Below, piece after piece: positions 28,162-38,077 of a stretch of DNA of 64,000 nucleotides (its first letter is position 1; each line of letters opens with the position of its first letter). The position numbers and the translations under genes were made by a program. This DNA is from Candidatus Cloacimonadales bacterium (GTDB lineage: Bacteria; Cloacimonadota; Cloacimonadia; Cloacimonadales; JAFGVF01). Where the stretch lies: the NCBI GenBank assembly GCA_963663475.2, contig CAXXJV010000001.1, forward strand, positions 1,504,001 through 1,568,000. Reading direction: 5' to 3'. The notes below the pieces were generated by a model that worked only from the letters and a program-made list of their open reading frames with translations, was not told where the DNA came from and did no database searches.

Positions 28162-30417
28162 TTATTGTTTCACAACTCTGTTAAAAGTTTTATTGTCTCT
28201 TGAATAGTACATACTCCTTGGATTTTCAAATCTGAAATAATAAGTTCTATCTTTATTACCTTTAGAAATTTTAATCATATAAGTTTCATTTGATTTGTTA
28301 TATGAAAATTTTTCATAAATATAAAACTCATTGCCAGTTCTGAAATTATTTTTTTTAATTCCAAAAGTCCAAACACCACTACTAGCATCGTCCCAGTTGC
28401 CCCAGAAATATTCCGGCATAATACTTATATCAGCCTGATTCTCCTCTTGAACACTAACCTCATCAGCCAATTTCTCTAAGATATCTAACTCTTGTCTCAA
28501 GTCTTCATCATTAATTTCAGTAGCTTCTTTGGCGAAATGTAGTTTAAATTTGGAGAACTGATCTTTATAATAGTCAGAAATTTCTAATTTTTTTGATCTT
28601 CTTTCCCATCTATTATGACCATATTGAATTTGATTATTTACTTTCTTTAAGTTATTACCATATTGCCAATCATCCTGACCTTGGTTAGATTGATCTACTT
28701 TTTTGTCATTAATCCAATCATGCATTAAATTAACATAGCGAGAGAGTAAAATCGCTTTTCTAATGCCATTATCTGTACCTTTTGTAGATCTTGAGAATTG
28801 GATTTTCTCACTAACTGTTTCTGGTATTCCATTTCTATCCTTGTAAGAACAGACAAGCTCAATATCATTTCTCCAACCTATTTTATTTAGTTTTATTAAA
28901 ATAATGCCACCCTTAGTCTGACCATCAGCTGTTTCAGAAGGGAAAAGGGTATTAACTCGCATTATTTCACCACTAGCCATATCTGCTTCAGGGGAACCAT
29001 AGACCTCATCTATCTCATAGTTTTCGCTCTTGAGATGGAGGGTTAAGTCAAATACTAAAGGCGTAACCATATAATCAAATTGAGTATCCATACGTTTTTT
29101 GAATTCTTCAGCATTATGAACAGAGAAGTAATTAGCCCCAGGTGTTTTAGTGATATAGCTTATCAGCTCATTATTTAAATCTACACCCACACCGATAAAA
29201 GAAGTATAAATCTTCTTTTCTGAATTAGTCTTCATTAGACCCCAGAGGGTATTTTCATCTGTTACTTGGGTGTTTGGCATGGCATCTGTTAAAAAGATAA
29301 TTCTGTTATCATACTCTTGAGGATCATAGTTATCAAGTTTATCATAAAGTTGTGTAGCTGTCTTGATTCCAGCATACATGTTAGTACCGCCTTGAGGAGT
29401 AATTTGATTAATGTGGTTACGAATAGCTTCCATATCGGTATTACCAACAAGGTTAAGGGGCTTAGCTAAATATGAACTATTATCATAGAGGACAACAGCA
29501 AATCTATCATGATCCTTAAGGTGTTTAGTTAAGGCTATTATGCATTCTTTAGCAATTTCCATCTTAGATCTATTATCATATTCAGCTTCATCTTCTTCAG
29601 TATCTGTGTCTAATCTTGATTTTATTCTGCTTACTCTATTATAATAATATTCATTAAAGTTTGAACTCATTGAGCCAGAGATATCTAGGACTATGGTAAG
29701 ATTTAGCTTTTTACGTTGGAAAGAAGCTTGGGTGAGGTTAGAATTAAGACCTACACTTAGATAAATTTCTTTTTGTCCAGTAAGAGGATTATCACTTTTA
29801 GAAGAAGTATAGCTAGGTTCAAACAAATGCTTAGCTTCTTTTGTGATATTATTATCGAAGAAATAGTCATAGAAAAGGCCTTCATGGCTGATATCTTCTT
29901 CCAGAGGCATAAAATTATTTGCAATATTTTCTCGGAAATTATTAATATCTTTTGCTCCTCCCACAGAGAAGCCTAGACCATCACTATTATTTGCCAGGGA
30001 AGTCCTTGTGGCTGGTTCAGCAGAAAATGATTTAGAAGAACTTCCATTTGAATGCAGACTCATAATTCTTCTACTTTGAGTACGATGTCTGTTAAAATTA
30101 CCGGATCCTTGAAATATTTCATCCTCATCGTCAGTTTCTATCCCATATATCCAGTCATCTTCTACTTCAAGTGTAAGAGTATCTTCTTTTACCTCTTGTT
30201 CTTTGCTAGTTTGTGGAGATTCATTCCAAATGGGATCATTTTCTTTTAATAGAGTATCTGTAATTGCATTTGTTTCAGCTCTTGCTTCATCTTTTTCTTG
30301 AGAAAGAATTTTTAAAGAATCAGCTTGTGAAGCATCAGTATAGTTTTTGCTTTTTGTGCAGGCAAGGAGTAAGATTGCGGTAACAAGTAAGATAAGTATA
30401 AATTTTAAATTTTTCAT
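28162..30417 (-). CDS. vWA-domain lipoprotein, paralog 1
   Basis: LLLAC lipobox; MIDAS VLDISGSM; GGTNM; IFLTDAMPN. Confidence 0.85.
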   Translation of the reverse strand: MKNLKFILILLVTAILLLACTKSKNYTDASQADSLKILSQEKDEARAETNAITDTLLKENDPIWNESPQTSKEQEVKEDTLTLEVEDDWIYGIETDDEDEIFQGSGNFNRHRTQSRRIMSLHSNGSSSKSFSAEPATRTSLANNSDGLGFSVGGAKDINNFRENIANNFMPLEEDISHEGLFYDYFFDNNITKEAKHLFEPSYTSSKSDNPLTGQKEIYLSVGLNSNLTQASFQRKKLNLTIVLDISGSMSSNFNEYYYNRVSRIKSRLDTDTEEDEAEYDNRSKMEIAKECIIALTKHLKDHDRFAVVLYDNSSYLAKPLNLVGNTDMEAIRNHINQITPQGGTNMYAGIKTATQLYDKLDNYDPQEYDNRIIFLTDAMPNTQVTDENTLWGLMKTNSEKKIYTSFIGVGVDLNNELISYITKTPGANYFSVHNAEEFKKRMDTQFDYMVTPLVFDLTLHLKSENYEIDEVYGSPEADMASGEIMRVNTLFPSETADGQTKGGIILIKLNKIGWRNDIELVCSYKDRNGIPETVSEKIQFSRSTKGTDNGIRKAILLSRYVNLMHDWINDKKVDQSNQGQDDWQYGNNLKKVNNQIQYGHNRWERRSKKLEISDYYKDQFSKFKLHFAKEATEINDEDLRQELDILEKLADEVSVQEENQADISIMPEYFWGNWDDASSGVWTFGIKKNNFRTGNEFYIYEKFSYNKSNETYMIKISKGNKDRTYYFRFENPRSMYYSRDNKTFNRVVKQ

Positions 30418-30438
30418 ATTAACCTCATAGTTTATATT

Positions 30439-32622
30439 TTATTCAAAAGTGTGTTCAAGTTTTATTTGATAAGTTCCAATTCTAGCTATCTGTTTATGCT
30501 CGATAATTTTTTGTACTTGTTTAATAAAGGTTTTATCATTTATTGAACCTAGTCCTCTTATAACAGCCTTGATTATCTTATCATCTTTAAAATATAAGTG
30601 AAAATATAATTTACCACTGATAGTTTTATGTAATTTATAGCTAGCGAATTCTTGATTAATTCTAGGAAGAAGTGCGTTAGCAAACCATTCTCTAATAATT
30701 AATTCTTTTTCAGTCGGGGTAATTCCTTGGTTATTATCATTATGTGAAATTGTTTTATTATCATAGGCTATCAAAAAATCTAATAGATCTATTTCTTGTT
30801 GTAAGTCTTGGTCCTTAATATCTTTTAATTCACTAGAAAAGTGAGTTTTGAAACGTTTAAAGACTTCTTTATAATATGAGTTAACTCTCAAATTTGTAGA
30901 TCTTCTTTCCCAATTATCAGAATCAGCCCTTGTTTCTACTTCTTTACCATAGAGCCAATCATCTTCTCCTAATTCTTTAATTACCAGAGTTTTACTCTCA
31001 ATCCAATTGTGCATCAAATCTACATAGCGAGATAGTAAAACAGCCTTTCTTATGCCATTATTACTTCCTTTGATTTCTTTTGAAAAGTTAATCTTCTCTG
31101 AAACAAAATCAGGAATTCCATTTCTATCTTTGTAACTACATCTTAGTTCAAGGTCAGAATCATTAGCAATTTTTTTCAATTTTATCAGGATTATACCGCC
31201 TCTTGTTTTTCCATCCTTGCTTTCAGAGGGGAAGAGGGTATTAACTTTCATAATCTCACCAGTAGCTTGATCTGCTTCAGGAGCACCAAAAATCTTTTCA
31301 ATTTCATAGTTATTACTTTTCAAATGGAGAGTTAAATCAAAGACCAAGGGAGTAACCATATAGTCAAACTGAGCATTCATTCTTTTCTTAAAATCTTGGC
31401 CACTATGAACTGAATAATAGTTAGCACCAGGAGTTTTGCTGATATAGTTAATTAAGTCATTATTTAAATCTATTCCCACTCCGATGAAAGTTGAATACAC
31501 CTTTTGCTCAGCATTATCTTTAATTTTCCACCAAATGGATTTCTTATCAGTTATGTCTGTATTTGGCATTGCATCGGTGAGGAAAATAACTCTGTTGTCA
31601 TATTCTTTGTTACTGTATTCGGGTAGCTTGTTAAATAGATTAGAAGCAGTGGCAATACCTTCATACATATTGGTACTTCCATTAGCTTCAATATTTCTAA
31701 TATGGGAACGGATTTGGTCCATATTAGTTTTACCAACTAGATTAAAAGGTTTTGCTAAGTGAGACTGATTATTAAAGAGAACAACAGCCAAACGATCATT
31801 TTCATCAAGTTGTTTGGTTAAGGCAATAATACAGTCTTTAGCTATTTCAATTTTACTTCGATTATCCCATGTTTCTTGATAATTATCGTCTTTTTTCCCA
31901 TCGTAATGATATTTATCAAATCTTTCTGTCATAGAACCTGAAATATCTAAGACAATTACTAAATTTAGATTTTTTCTTTTAAATGAACTAGCTTTTAAAT
32001 TTGAATTTAACCCTACACTAAGATATAATTCTTCTTCATTTGTGATAGGGTGTTTGTTTTTATAGGAAGTGTAGGTTGGTTCAAACAGGTGACTAGCTTC
32101 TTTATTTAGATTATTATCAAAGTAATAATCATAGAAGATGCCTTCATGAGTTATATCTTCAACAATAGGCATATAATGATTTTTGATATTTTCCCTAAAG
32201 TTTCCTATGTCTTTAGCTCCTCCCACAGACAAACCAAGATTGTTAGAGGAATAGTTTTTTCTCACAGCCATACTTCCTCTACTTGAATAACTTAGATTTC
32301 CAGGGCGTGACTCTATTTCAGCTGTAGATAATAATCCCATACTAGATTTCATGTCTGTAAGACTTGTCATAGAAACATTTCCATCGCCTAAACTACTTGT
32401 CATATCAGAATTTATTTGTCCCAACATACTATTAGTAATTTCACTTTCAGCATTCAGGCTATCGCTAGTGACCTGTAAAGAAGAATCTGTAAGTGCTAGT
32501 GAAATTGTATCAATGTTTGTTTGTAGAGAATCTGCGTCTGAAAGCTCACCATTCATTTTTTTACAACCAATAAAAAGTAAAATTATAGACATTAGAAACA
32601 TAGCTAATGTTAACTTTTTCAT
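30439..32622 (-). CDS. vWA-domain lipoprotein, paralog 2
   Basis: LFIGC lipobox; VLDISGSM; IFLTDAMPN; core closely similar to 28162-30417. Confidence 0.85.
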   Translation of the reverse strand: MKKLTLAMFLMSIILLFIGCKKMNGELSDADSLQTNIDTISLALTDSSLQVTSDSLNAESEITNSMLGQINSDMTSSLGDGNVSMTSLTDMKSSMGLLSTAEIESRPGNLSYSSRGSMAVRKNYSSNNLGLSVGGAKDIGNFRENIKNHYMPIVEDITHEGIFYDYYFDNNLNKEASHLFEPTYTSYKNKHPITNEEELYLSVGLNSNLKASSFKRKNLNLVIVLDISGSMTERFDKYHYDGKKDDNYQETWDNRSKIEIAKDCIIALTKQLDENDRLAVVLFNNQSHLAKPFNLVGKTNMDQIRSHIRNIEANGSTNMYEGIATASNLFNKLPEYSNKEYDNRVIFLTDAMPNTDITDKKSIWWKIKDNAEQKVYSTFIGVGIDLNNDLINYISKTPGANYYSVHSGQDFKKRMNAQFDYMVTPLVFDLTLHLKSNNYEIEKIFGAPEADQATGEIMKVNTLFPSESKDGKTRGGIILIKLKKIANDSDLELRCSYKDRNGIPDFVSEKINFSKEIKGSNNGIRKAVLLSRYVDLMHNWIESKTLVIKELGEDDWLYGKEVETRADSDNWERRSTNLRVNSYYKEVFKRFKTHFSSELKDIKDQDLQQEIDLLDFLIAYDNKTISHNDNNQGITPTEKELIIREWFANALLPRINQEFASYKLHKTISGKLYFHLYFKDDKIIKAVIRGLGSINDKTFIKQVQKIIEHKQIARIGTYQIKLEHTFE

Positions 32623-32693
32623 TTTTAACCTCGTATCTTATTAATTATAAACTATATATAAATTTAAGTATAAGATAGTCAAGGGAAAAATAA

Positions 32694-32725
32694 AAATACT
32701 CTGATTAGTTCCTAATCAGAGTATT
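32694..32725 (-). terminator. Intrinsic terminator after the OsmC-family gene
   Basis: aatactctgattag-ttc-ctaatcagagtatt with an A-run on its left. Confidence 0.7.
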
Positions 32726-32741
32726 AGCTATTAATTGAGCT

Positions 32742-33173
32742 TTAGATTTTACAGGTTACCCTAACACCTTTGAGAGTGTCAGAAACTGGGCATCTTTCTT
32801 CAATAAGTTCAAGTAGCTTTTGAATATTCTCCTTAGGTGAGGGAGAATCGATATTTATTTTATATCTAATTTCCTGATAGCCAGTTCTCACATCTGGATT
32901 AATACCAAGAAATCCTTCAGGGTCTAAATCACCTTCAATATCAACATTACATCCCTTTAAGTCAACTCCACACTTTTTAGCAAAGGCTGCTGCACAGATG
33001 GTCATACATCCTCCTAAGGCATTTAAGAGTAATTCGACAGGGTTCATAGCTTGGTCTTTTCCACCTAATTCTTTAGGCTCATCCAAGCCTACTTGAAAGT
33101 CTCTAGATGTTCCTTGGCTATAAACACCATCTCCTGACCATTTTACATTTGCTTTAAATACAGTCTTAGCCAT
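32742..33173 (-). CDS. OsmC/Ohr-family protein
   Basis: DEPKELGG.D...NPVELLL.ALGGC and CPVSDTL two-Cys motifs. Confidence 0.88.
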   Translation of the reverse strand: MAKTVFKANVKWSGDGVYSQGTSRDFQVGLDEPKELGGKDQAMNPVELLLNALGGCMTICAAAFAKKCGVDLKGCNVDIEGDLDPEGFLGINPDVRTGYQEIRYKINIDSPSPKENIQKLLELIEERCPVSDTLKGVRVTCKI

Positions 33174-33428
33174 ATTTCCTCCATTTTTTTTCTTTATATA
33201 ATAATGTTTAAAGAATCATAAGCAAGAAAAAAGTCTATTTTTAGCGAGAATAAAAAAAAATATAGAGAAAAAATATGAGATTTAATTATCTGTAAAGTTA
33301 GAAAAAACAGGTTATTATCATACAAAGAGCAGTAAGGAAAAAGAGAAAAAATAAAATAATATATAAAAAAGTATTGACAGAAAATCATGCTTTTATAAAT
33401 TGATTAAACTTAACTTATACGAAGTATT

Positions 33429-33503
33429 GGTCCAGTAACTCAGTGGTAGAGTATCTGCCTTTTAAGCAGAGAGTCGATGGTTCGAGCCCATCCTGGATCA
33501 CCA
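33429..33503 (+). tRNA. tRNA-Lys(UUU)
   Basis: Cloverleaf: acceptor ggtccag/ctggatc, anticodon arm tctgc-cTTTTaa-gcaga (anticodon TTT), T-loop ttcgagc, encoded CCA. Confidence 0.95.
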
Positions 33504-33506
33504 TTT

Positions 33507-33581
33507 GACCCCTTCGTCTAGTGGTTAGGACTCAAGATTTTCATTCTTGCAACAGGGGTTCGATTCCCCTAGGGGTCGCCA
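33507..33581 (+). tRNA. tRNA-Glu(UUC)
   Basis: Acceptor gacccct/aggggtc, anticodon arm caaga-ttTTCat-tcttg, T arm agggg-ttcgatt-cccct, encoded CCA. Confidence 0.95.
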
Positions 33582-33616
33582 AGAGAGCTTATCAGCGTGG
33601 TAAGCTCTCTTTTTTT
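33581..33616 (+). terminator. Terminator of the tRNA pair
   Basis: aagagagcttatc...ggtaagctctctt plus a T-run. Confidence 0.85.
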
Positions 33617-33700
33617 ATGCAAAAATTAGTTTTATAGAAAAAAAGACTTGTCTAAATTTTACCTGAAAGCAATTATGGCATATGAAAATAAGGGGTAACT

Positions 33701-34333
33701 ATGAATAAAATTAAAACAATATTAGTAATACTTGTTGGCTTAATTGGATTAGTAGCTTGTGAAGAGGGCGGATCTATAAAGATAAACAATCAAACTAGTC
33801 ATAATGTTTATACAGAAATCGAGGGAGTTGAATATACCATAAGTGGATCTGCTTCTAAAAAAGTTAATGTTGATACAAGCAAAAAAATATTTTTATTCTC
33901 AGATGGTCAGACTACTACTGACATAAAATTGGTGGGGGAGACCTATAGAATTTGGGATGAATATAATGATTTTCCTCAAGATTATACAAGCATAACAGTT
34001 ACTGCAGGAGAAACTTATAATATATACTGTAGTCCTACAACTGCTTCAGTTAAAATAGTAAATAATTCGAATAAGACTGTAGATAAGTTAAGTTATAGAA
34101 GTGTTAAACAATTTTCTGTTGGGGAATGGTTCTATATCACTTATGATCCTCCATTAGCAAATGGTCAATTCGCTTATTATCATCTAAATCCCCAAACTCA
34201 AGAAAATAGATTCTTTTATAATTTTAAAGTTGAAGGGCAAGACCAAGTTCTCTATTCTATCGGAGATGAGTTTGAAGGTGTAGAACTTTTTATTGATGAT
34301 CAACATCTGATAGTTATTGAAGAAAACGACTAA
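33701..34333 (+). CDS. Hypothetical lipoprotein
   Basis: LVAC lipobox; beta-rich sequence with two G/A-S-I/V-K-I-x-N-x-S repeats. Confidence 0.75.
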   Translation: MNKIKTILVILVGLIGLVACEEGGSIKINNQTSHNVYTEIEGVEYTISGSASKKVNVDTSKKIFLFSDGQTTTDIKLVGETYRIWDEYNDFPQDYTSITVTAGETYNIYCSPTTASVKIVNNSNKTVDKLSYRSVKQFSVGEWFYITYDPPLANGQFAYYHLNPQTQENRFFYNFKVEGQDQVLYSIGDEFEGVELFIDDQHLIVIEEND

Positions 34334-34464
34334 TAAGGGTTCTTAACTAGGAGGGATTAAGCCCAAGAGTGAAGTAGTTTTTGTTATTTAAAGAATGAAC
34401 ACTCTCTCCTAGAATTCTACTTAAGTAATTTTGTTAAACCAACGATTTAACAGTGGAATAAGCC

Positions 34465-34809
34465 TCAGGAAAAGCCATTTTTGAACCTAATATAGATTAC
34501 TATAGCAAGGGCTATTAGAAGTAAAATAAAGATTATCCAAGAGATAATATCATTTTTAGACTTAGTAAGTTCTTTAAGCACTTCTTTATTAGTTCTGATG
34601 AAATCTTTAGGTAAGTCCTTATAGTTAGCATCATGAACTAACTTATTTCTCACACTGGCAATGAACCTAATTTTCTTAACTAAATCTGGAGCAAGTTTAT
34701 CTTCTACAGAAGTTAATTTGCTATGAAGTCCTTTGCCTTGAGCTCCATAGTTATTGACTAGAGCTTTTTCAATTTTTTTATTATATTCAATTACTTTCCA
34801 TTTATTCAT
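34465..34809 (-). CDS. Hypothetical protein with an RNxxxH (HEPN/DUF4145-like) motif and a C-terminal TM helix
   Basis: YGAQGKGLHSK...IASVRNKLVHD, then a hydrophobic tail. Confidence 0.55.
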   Translation of the reverse strand: MNKWKVIEYNKKIEKALVNNYGAQGKGLHSKLTSVEDKLAPDLVKKIRFIASVRNKLVHDANYKDLPKDFIRTNKEVLKELTKSKNDIISWIIFILLLIALAIVIYIRFKNGFS

Positions 34810-34832
34810 TTTAATAATCCTTAACTCTCCAA

Positions 34833-35098
34833 TAAAGTTCTACTAGACTACTTGTGTTTAACCCAAATAGTGCAGTAGACCTTTGTGAATAGCACTATAT
34901 TCTTCTGCAAAATTAACTTCCATAATTTCTCCGAATATATAAATTATATGCGTAAAAATTCTGTAAGCTATTTTGCTAGAATAATCTGCACTCTTCACTA
35001 AAGCTCTACAACACTACTTGTGTTTACCCCAAATAGTGCAGTAGAGCTTTAGAGAATATTCTGCTATTCTCAAAGAACTATTACATTATTAGGCTTTA
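34833..35098. repeat. Tandem family A repeats: partial right end, full copy 34858-35025 and short copy 35026-35098
   Basis: Direct sequence match to 27928-28097; the short copy keeps only the arms. Confidence 0.9.
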
Positions 35099-35111
35099 AG
35101 ATAATATAAGT

Positions 35112-36482
35112 CTAATCATGGATAATGTCAAGACTTTTCCACTTACCTTGTTTGAATCTGTGCAAGAGGACTAAAGAAAAACTTAAGAAGGTGAAGACAA
35201 GAACTCCCCAGCCTGTAACAGCAGACGCATTAAAAATCTTGAGACTAATAAAGAGATTAGCTACTGCTAACCAGTGCATTATTATAAAAGCGAACATAGT
35301 CCAATGAGTATCACCTGCTCCTCGTAAGACTCCTACAAAGGCAACTGTAACAGCATCTGCTAAAACATAGATAGTCGCAAGTCTTAGCATTGATTTAGCC
35401 ATAGGGAAGGCCTGGTGGAATACCTCAGATGCTTGGTCAGGTTTAAAGAAGTTTACTAGCATTTCTGTTGCAAATACATAGAGTAAGAAAATAATTGCTG
35501 AATATACTAAGCCAGTAATTACTCCAGAATAGGCTACCTTAGTAGCTGATTTGATATCTCTAGCTCCCATATACTTGCCAACAAGACTGGTTACTGCTAT
35601 TTGAATTCCTACTAATGGCATAAAAGAAACATAATCCCAATTAAACATTATGGTTGAGGCGGTAGCTGCTATCTCTCCTTCAGAATGAAGTAGTAAAATC
35701 ATAGTAGTAAAGGCAGAGAGACTCATAAAGCTTTCAAACCCTTGGGGAAGTCCATACCAGAGTAGTTTTTTCATAATTTCAGGATTAAACTTAAAGGATT
35801 TAATTATCTGAAAATCTATTCTATTCTGCTTGGAAAAATAGAGAATAAAGAGAACTAAAACCCCAACAAAAGCTCCGATGTTAGTTCCAAGAGCAGCACC
35901 TCGGATTCCTAAAGCTGGAAAACCAAACTTACCAAAGATTAAGGTGTAGTTACAGATAACATTGGTTACTAATGATACTAGGGCTGCTATCATTATGTAT
36001 TTGGTTTTTCCTAAACCAGAGAAAAAACTAGATAAAGCTGTCCTTAATAATAAGAAGATTGAACCCCAAAGCAAGATAGAAAAATAGTCTATCTGAAGAG
36101 GTAATTGACCAGCAGGGATATTCATATGCTGAAAGACTAATCTAGCTAAAGGGGTTGTTATCAGTAGAATTGGGTAAGATATTAAGGCAATTAAAATAGC
36201 TTGAAAAGTAGTCACTGCTGATCTTGTTTTAAAACCAGCTCCTAAATATTGAGCTACTAAAGCTGTTGAATAACTAATTAATCCAGTGAAAAATATCGTG
36301 AAAGTTGCTAAATAAACTCCTCCTCCTAAGGAAGCATTCATGTGATCAGGACTTAACTTAGCTAAGAATATCCTATCCGTAAAAGTCATTAACGCATCAC
36401 ATCCCATAGAAGCAAACATGGGAAGGGCTACTAGTAACATTTCAATTATTCCACCTTTTGGGTGATTATTTTCATTCATCAT
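35112..36482 (-). CDS. MATE-family efflux transporter
   Basis: About 12 hydrophobic segments; LVAQYLGA, FFSGLGKT, LIFGKFGFPALGIRGAALGT, LRGAGDT. Confidence 0.9.
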   Translation of the reverse strand: MMNENNHPKGGIIEMLLVALPMFASMGCDALMTFTDRIFLAKLSPDHMNASLGGGVYLATFTIFFTGLISYSTALVAQYLGAGFKTRSAVTTFQAILIALISYPILLITTPLARLVFQHMNIPAGQLPLQIDYFSILLWGSIFLLLRTALSSFFSGLGKTKYIMIAALVSLVTNVICNYTLIFGKFGFPALGIRGAALGTNIGAFVGVLVLFILYFSKQNRIDFQIIKSFKFNPEIMKKLLWYGLPQGFESFMSLSAFTTMILLLHSEGEIAATASTIMFNWDYVSFMPLVGIQIAVTSLVGKYMGARDIKSATKVAYSGVITGLVYSAIIFLLYVFATEMLVNFFKPDQASEVFHQAFPMAKSMLRLATIYVLADAVTVAFVGVLRGAGDTHWTMFAFIIMHWLAVANLFISLKIFNASAVTGWGVLVFTFLSFSLVLLHRFKQGKWKSLDIIHD

Positions 36483-36729
36483 TTTTTTACCTCAATAACA
36501 ATTTATCAGTCAAATGACAGAAAACTTCAACTGGTATTTTGGGCAAGAAAGAAATAAATAAAATAGTTAGTTGACTGTTGAGAATAGGAGGATCTGCACT
36601 CTTCTCTAAAGCTCTATTGCACCATTTAGGTTAAAATAGAAACTAGCTCTTTGGGTAATAATTATCTGATCAAGAAATTTACATAACTCAAGTAAAAAGC
36701 TATTTGAAATTCTACAAAGATTCTTGTAG

Positions 36730-36808
36730 CATCCTTAATCCTTCCTTTACGGTCTTTCGATGAAAGTCCGCTTTTCATCGAAAGACCGTAAAGGAAGGGT
36801 TAAGGATG
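36730..36808. repeat. Long palindrome, family B copy 2
   Basis: catccttaatccttcctttacggtctttcgatgaaa...tttcatcgaaagaccgtaaaggaagggttaaggatg. Confidence 0.95.
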
Positions 36809-36810
36809 GA

Positions 36811-37290
36811 TTAACCAAAATAATACAGTAGACCTTTGCGAATAGCTCAATATTCTTCTGCAAAATTAAGATCTATAATTTCTCTGAATATATATTATAT
36901 GCGTCAAATTTCTGTAAGCTAATTTGCAAGAATAATCTGCACTCTTCACCGGTGATAGTTAGCTTTAGCCAAGTATTACTAAAGTTCTACTGCACTATCT
37001 GGCTTAAACCCAAATAGTGCAGTAGACCTTTGTGAATAGCACTATATTCTTCTGCAAAAGTAACTTCCATAATTTCTCCGAATATATAAATTATATGCGT
37101 CAAAATTCTGTAAGCTATTTTGCTAGAATAATCTGCACTCTTCACTAAAGCTCTACTACACTATCTGGGTTAAAAAATTGATAAAAATATTGACAGATAA
37201 TTTTGAATAAAGCATATAAATTCTAATAATGCAGTAGCTTTTGAGAATAGAAGAATATTCATCACTAAAATCCTACTGCACCATTAGGGA
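36811..37290. repeat. Cluster of family A repeats: 36811-37006 (with an insertion of about 30 bp), 37004-37173 (full) and 37223-37290 (short)
   Basis: Direct matches to 27928-28097; adjacent copies share a ttaaa junction. Confidence 0.9.
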
Positions 37291-37318
37291 TAAAAGACAT
37301 AAAAATGAGGTGTGAAAA

Positions 37319-37891
37319 ATGAAAAAGTTTTTGATTACATTCTATATAATCCTAATAAGTTCTTTATTGCCTGCAAAATCAGGTCTTACAACAGAATCTT
37401 ATATTTATCAGAACCAGAATAATAGATACAAGAAGTATGGCTTTATGCTTGCCTATGCACCTGTAAATGAGGCTTATTCAGCTAAAATATACGGCATTCC
37501 TGAAAATAACATGCTCTCGACTAATTTTTCTTATTTTTCCCTGTATCATGCCAGGAAAGGATCTTTTAAAGGTGGTGAATTTGATGATTCTCCTCTTGAT
37601 TTCTGGGTCAAGGAAGACAAGGATATCTATAGAAAATATATTGTTAATCTAGGTGTTACTCAAGGCTTAACTGCTCAAGGAGGCATATTTTTAGCTTATT
37701 ATGCTGGACTTGGTCTATCTGAGGAATTTCACCAATATAAATCTTCTTATGGAAATTATTGGTTTAAAAATGAAAATAAAATGATAGGGGATATTGGTAT
37801 AGAGTTAAATGGCAGATTGAGTTTAATCAACTTTGGTATAGGATTTTCATATCAATCCCTATATTATCTGTCAGCAGGATTGGAGTTTTAG
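37319..37891 (+). CDS. Putative small outer-membrane beta-barrel protein
   Basis: Signal peptide, alternating aromatic/Gly strands, terminal Phe (YLSAGLEF). Confidence 0.6.
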   Translation: MKKFLITFYIILISSLLPAKSGLTTESYIYQNQNNRYKKYGFMLAYAPVNEAYSAKIYGIPENNMLSTNFSYFSLYHARKGSFKGGEFDDSPLDFWVKEDKDIYRKYIVNLGVTQGLTAQGGIFLAYYAGLGLSEEFHQYKSSYGNYWFKNENKMIGDIGIELNGRLSLINFGIGFSYQSLYYLSAGLEF

Positions 37892-38077
37892 GGGAAAATA
37901 TAAAAAACAGTAGAACTTGTCGATGACTATATGTTCTACTGTGATAGATGGTTCATTTTTAATCCTGTAATATTGTTGATAATTACTAAATCAAGGTCTT
38001 TAACAATATAATGCGATATTCCTCTTGCGAACTATATTTATCTGCTCTCTTCACAAAAGTTCATCTACATCATCACC

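Noticed and set aside
27926-37175. Family A repeats as integron attC sites (GTTTAAC at the left end overlapping a stop codon, GTTAAA at the right end)
   Set aside because: No integrase in the window, copies are dispersed next to housekeeping operons, flanking genes have mixed orientation, and right ends do not fit GTTRRRY. The match follows from the palindromic ends.
34833-37290. CRISPR array
   Set aside because: Repeats are 65-195 bp, irregularly spaced, with no unique equal-length spacers and no cas genes.
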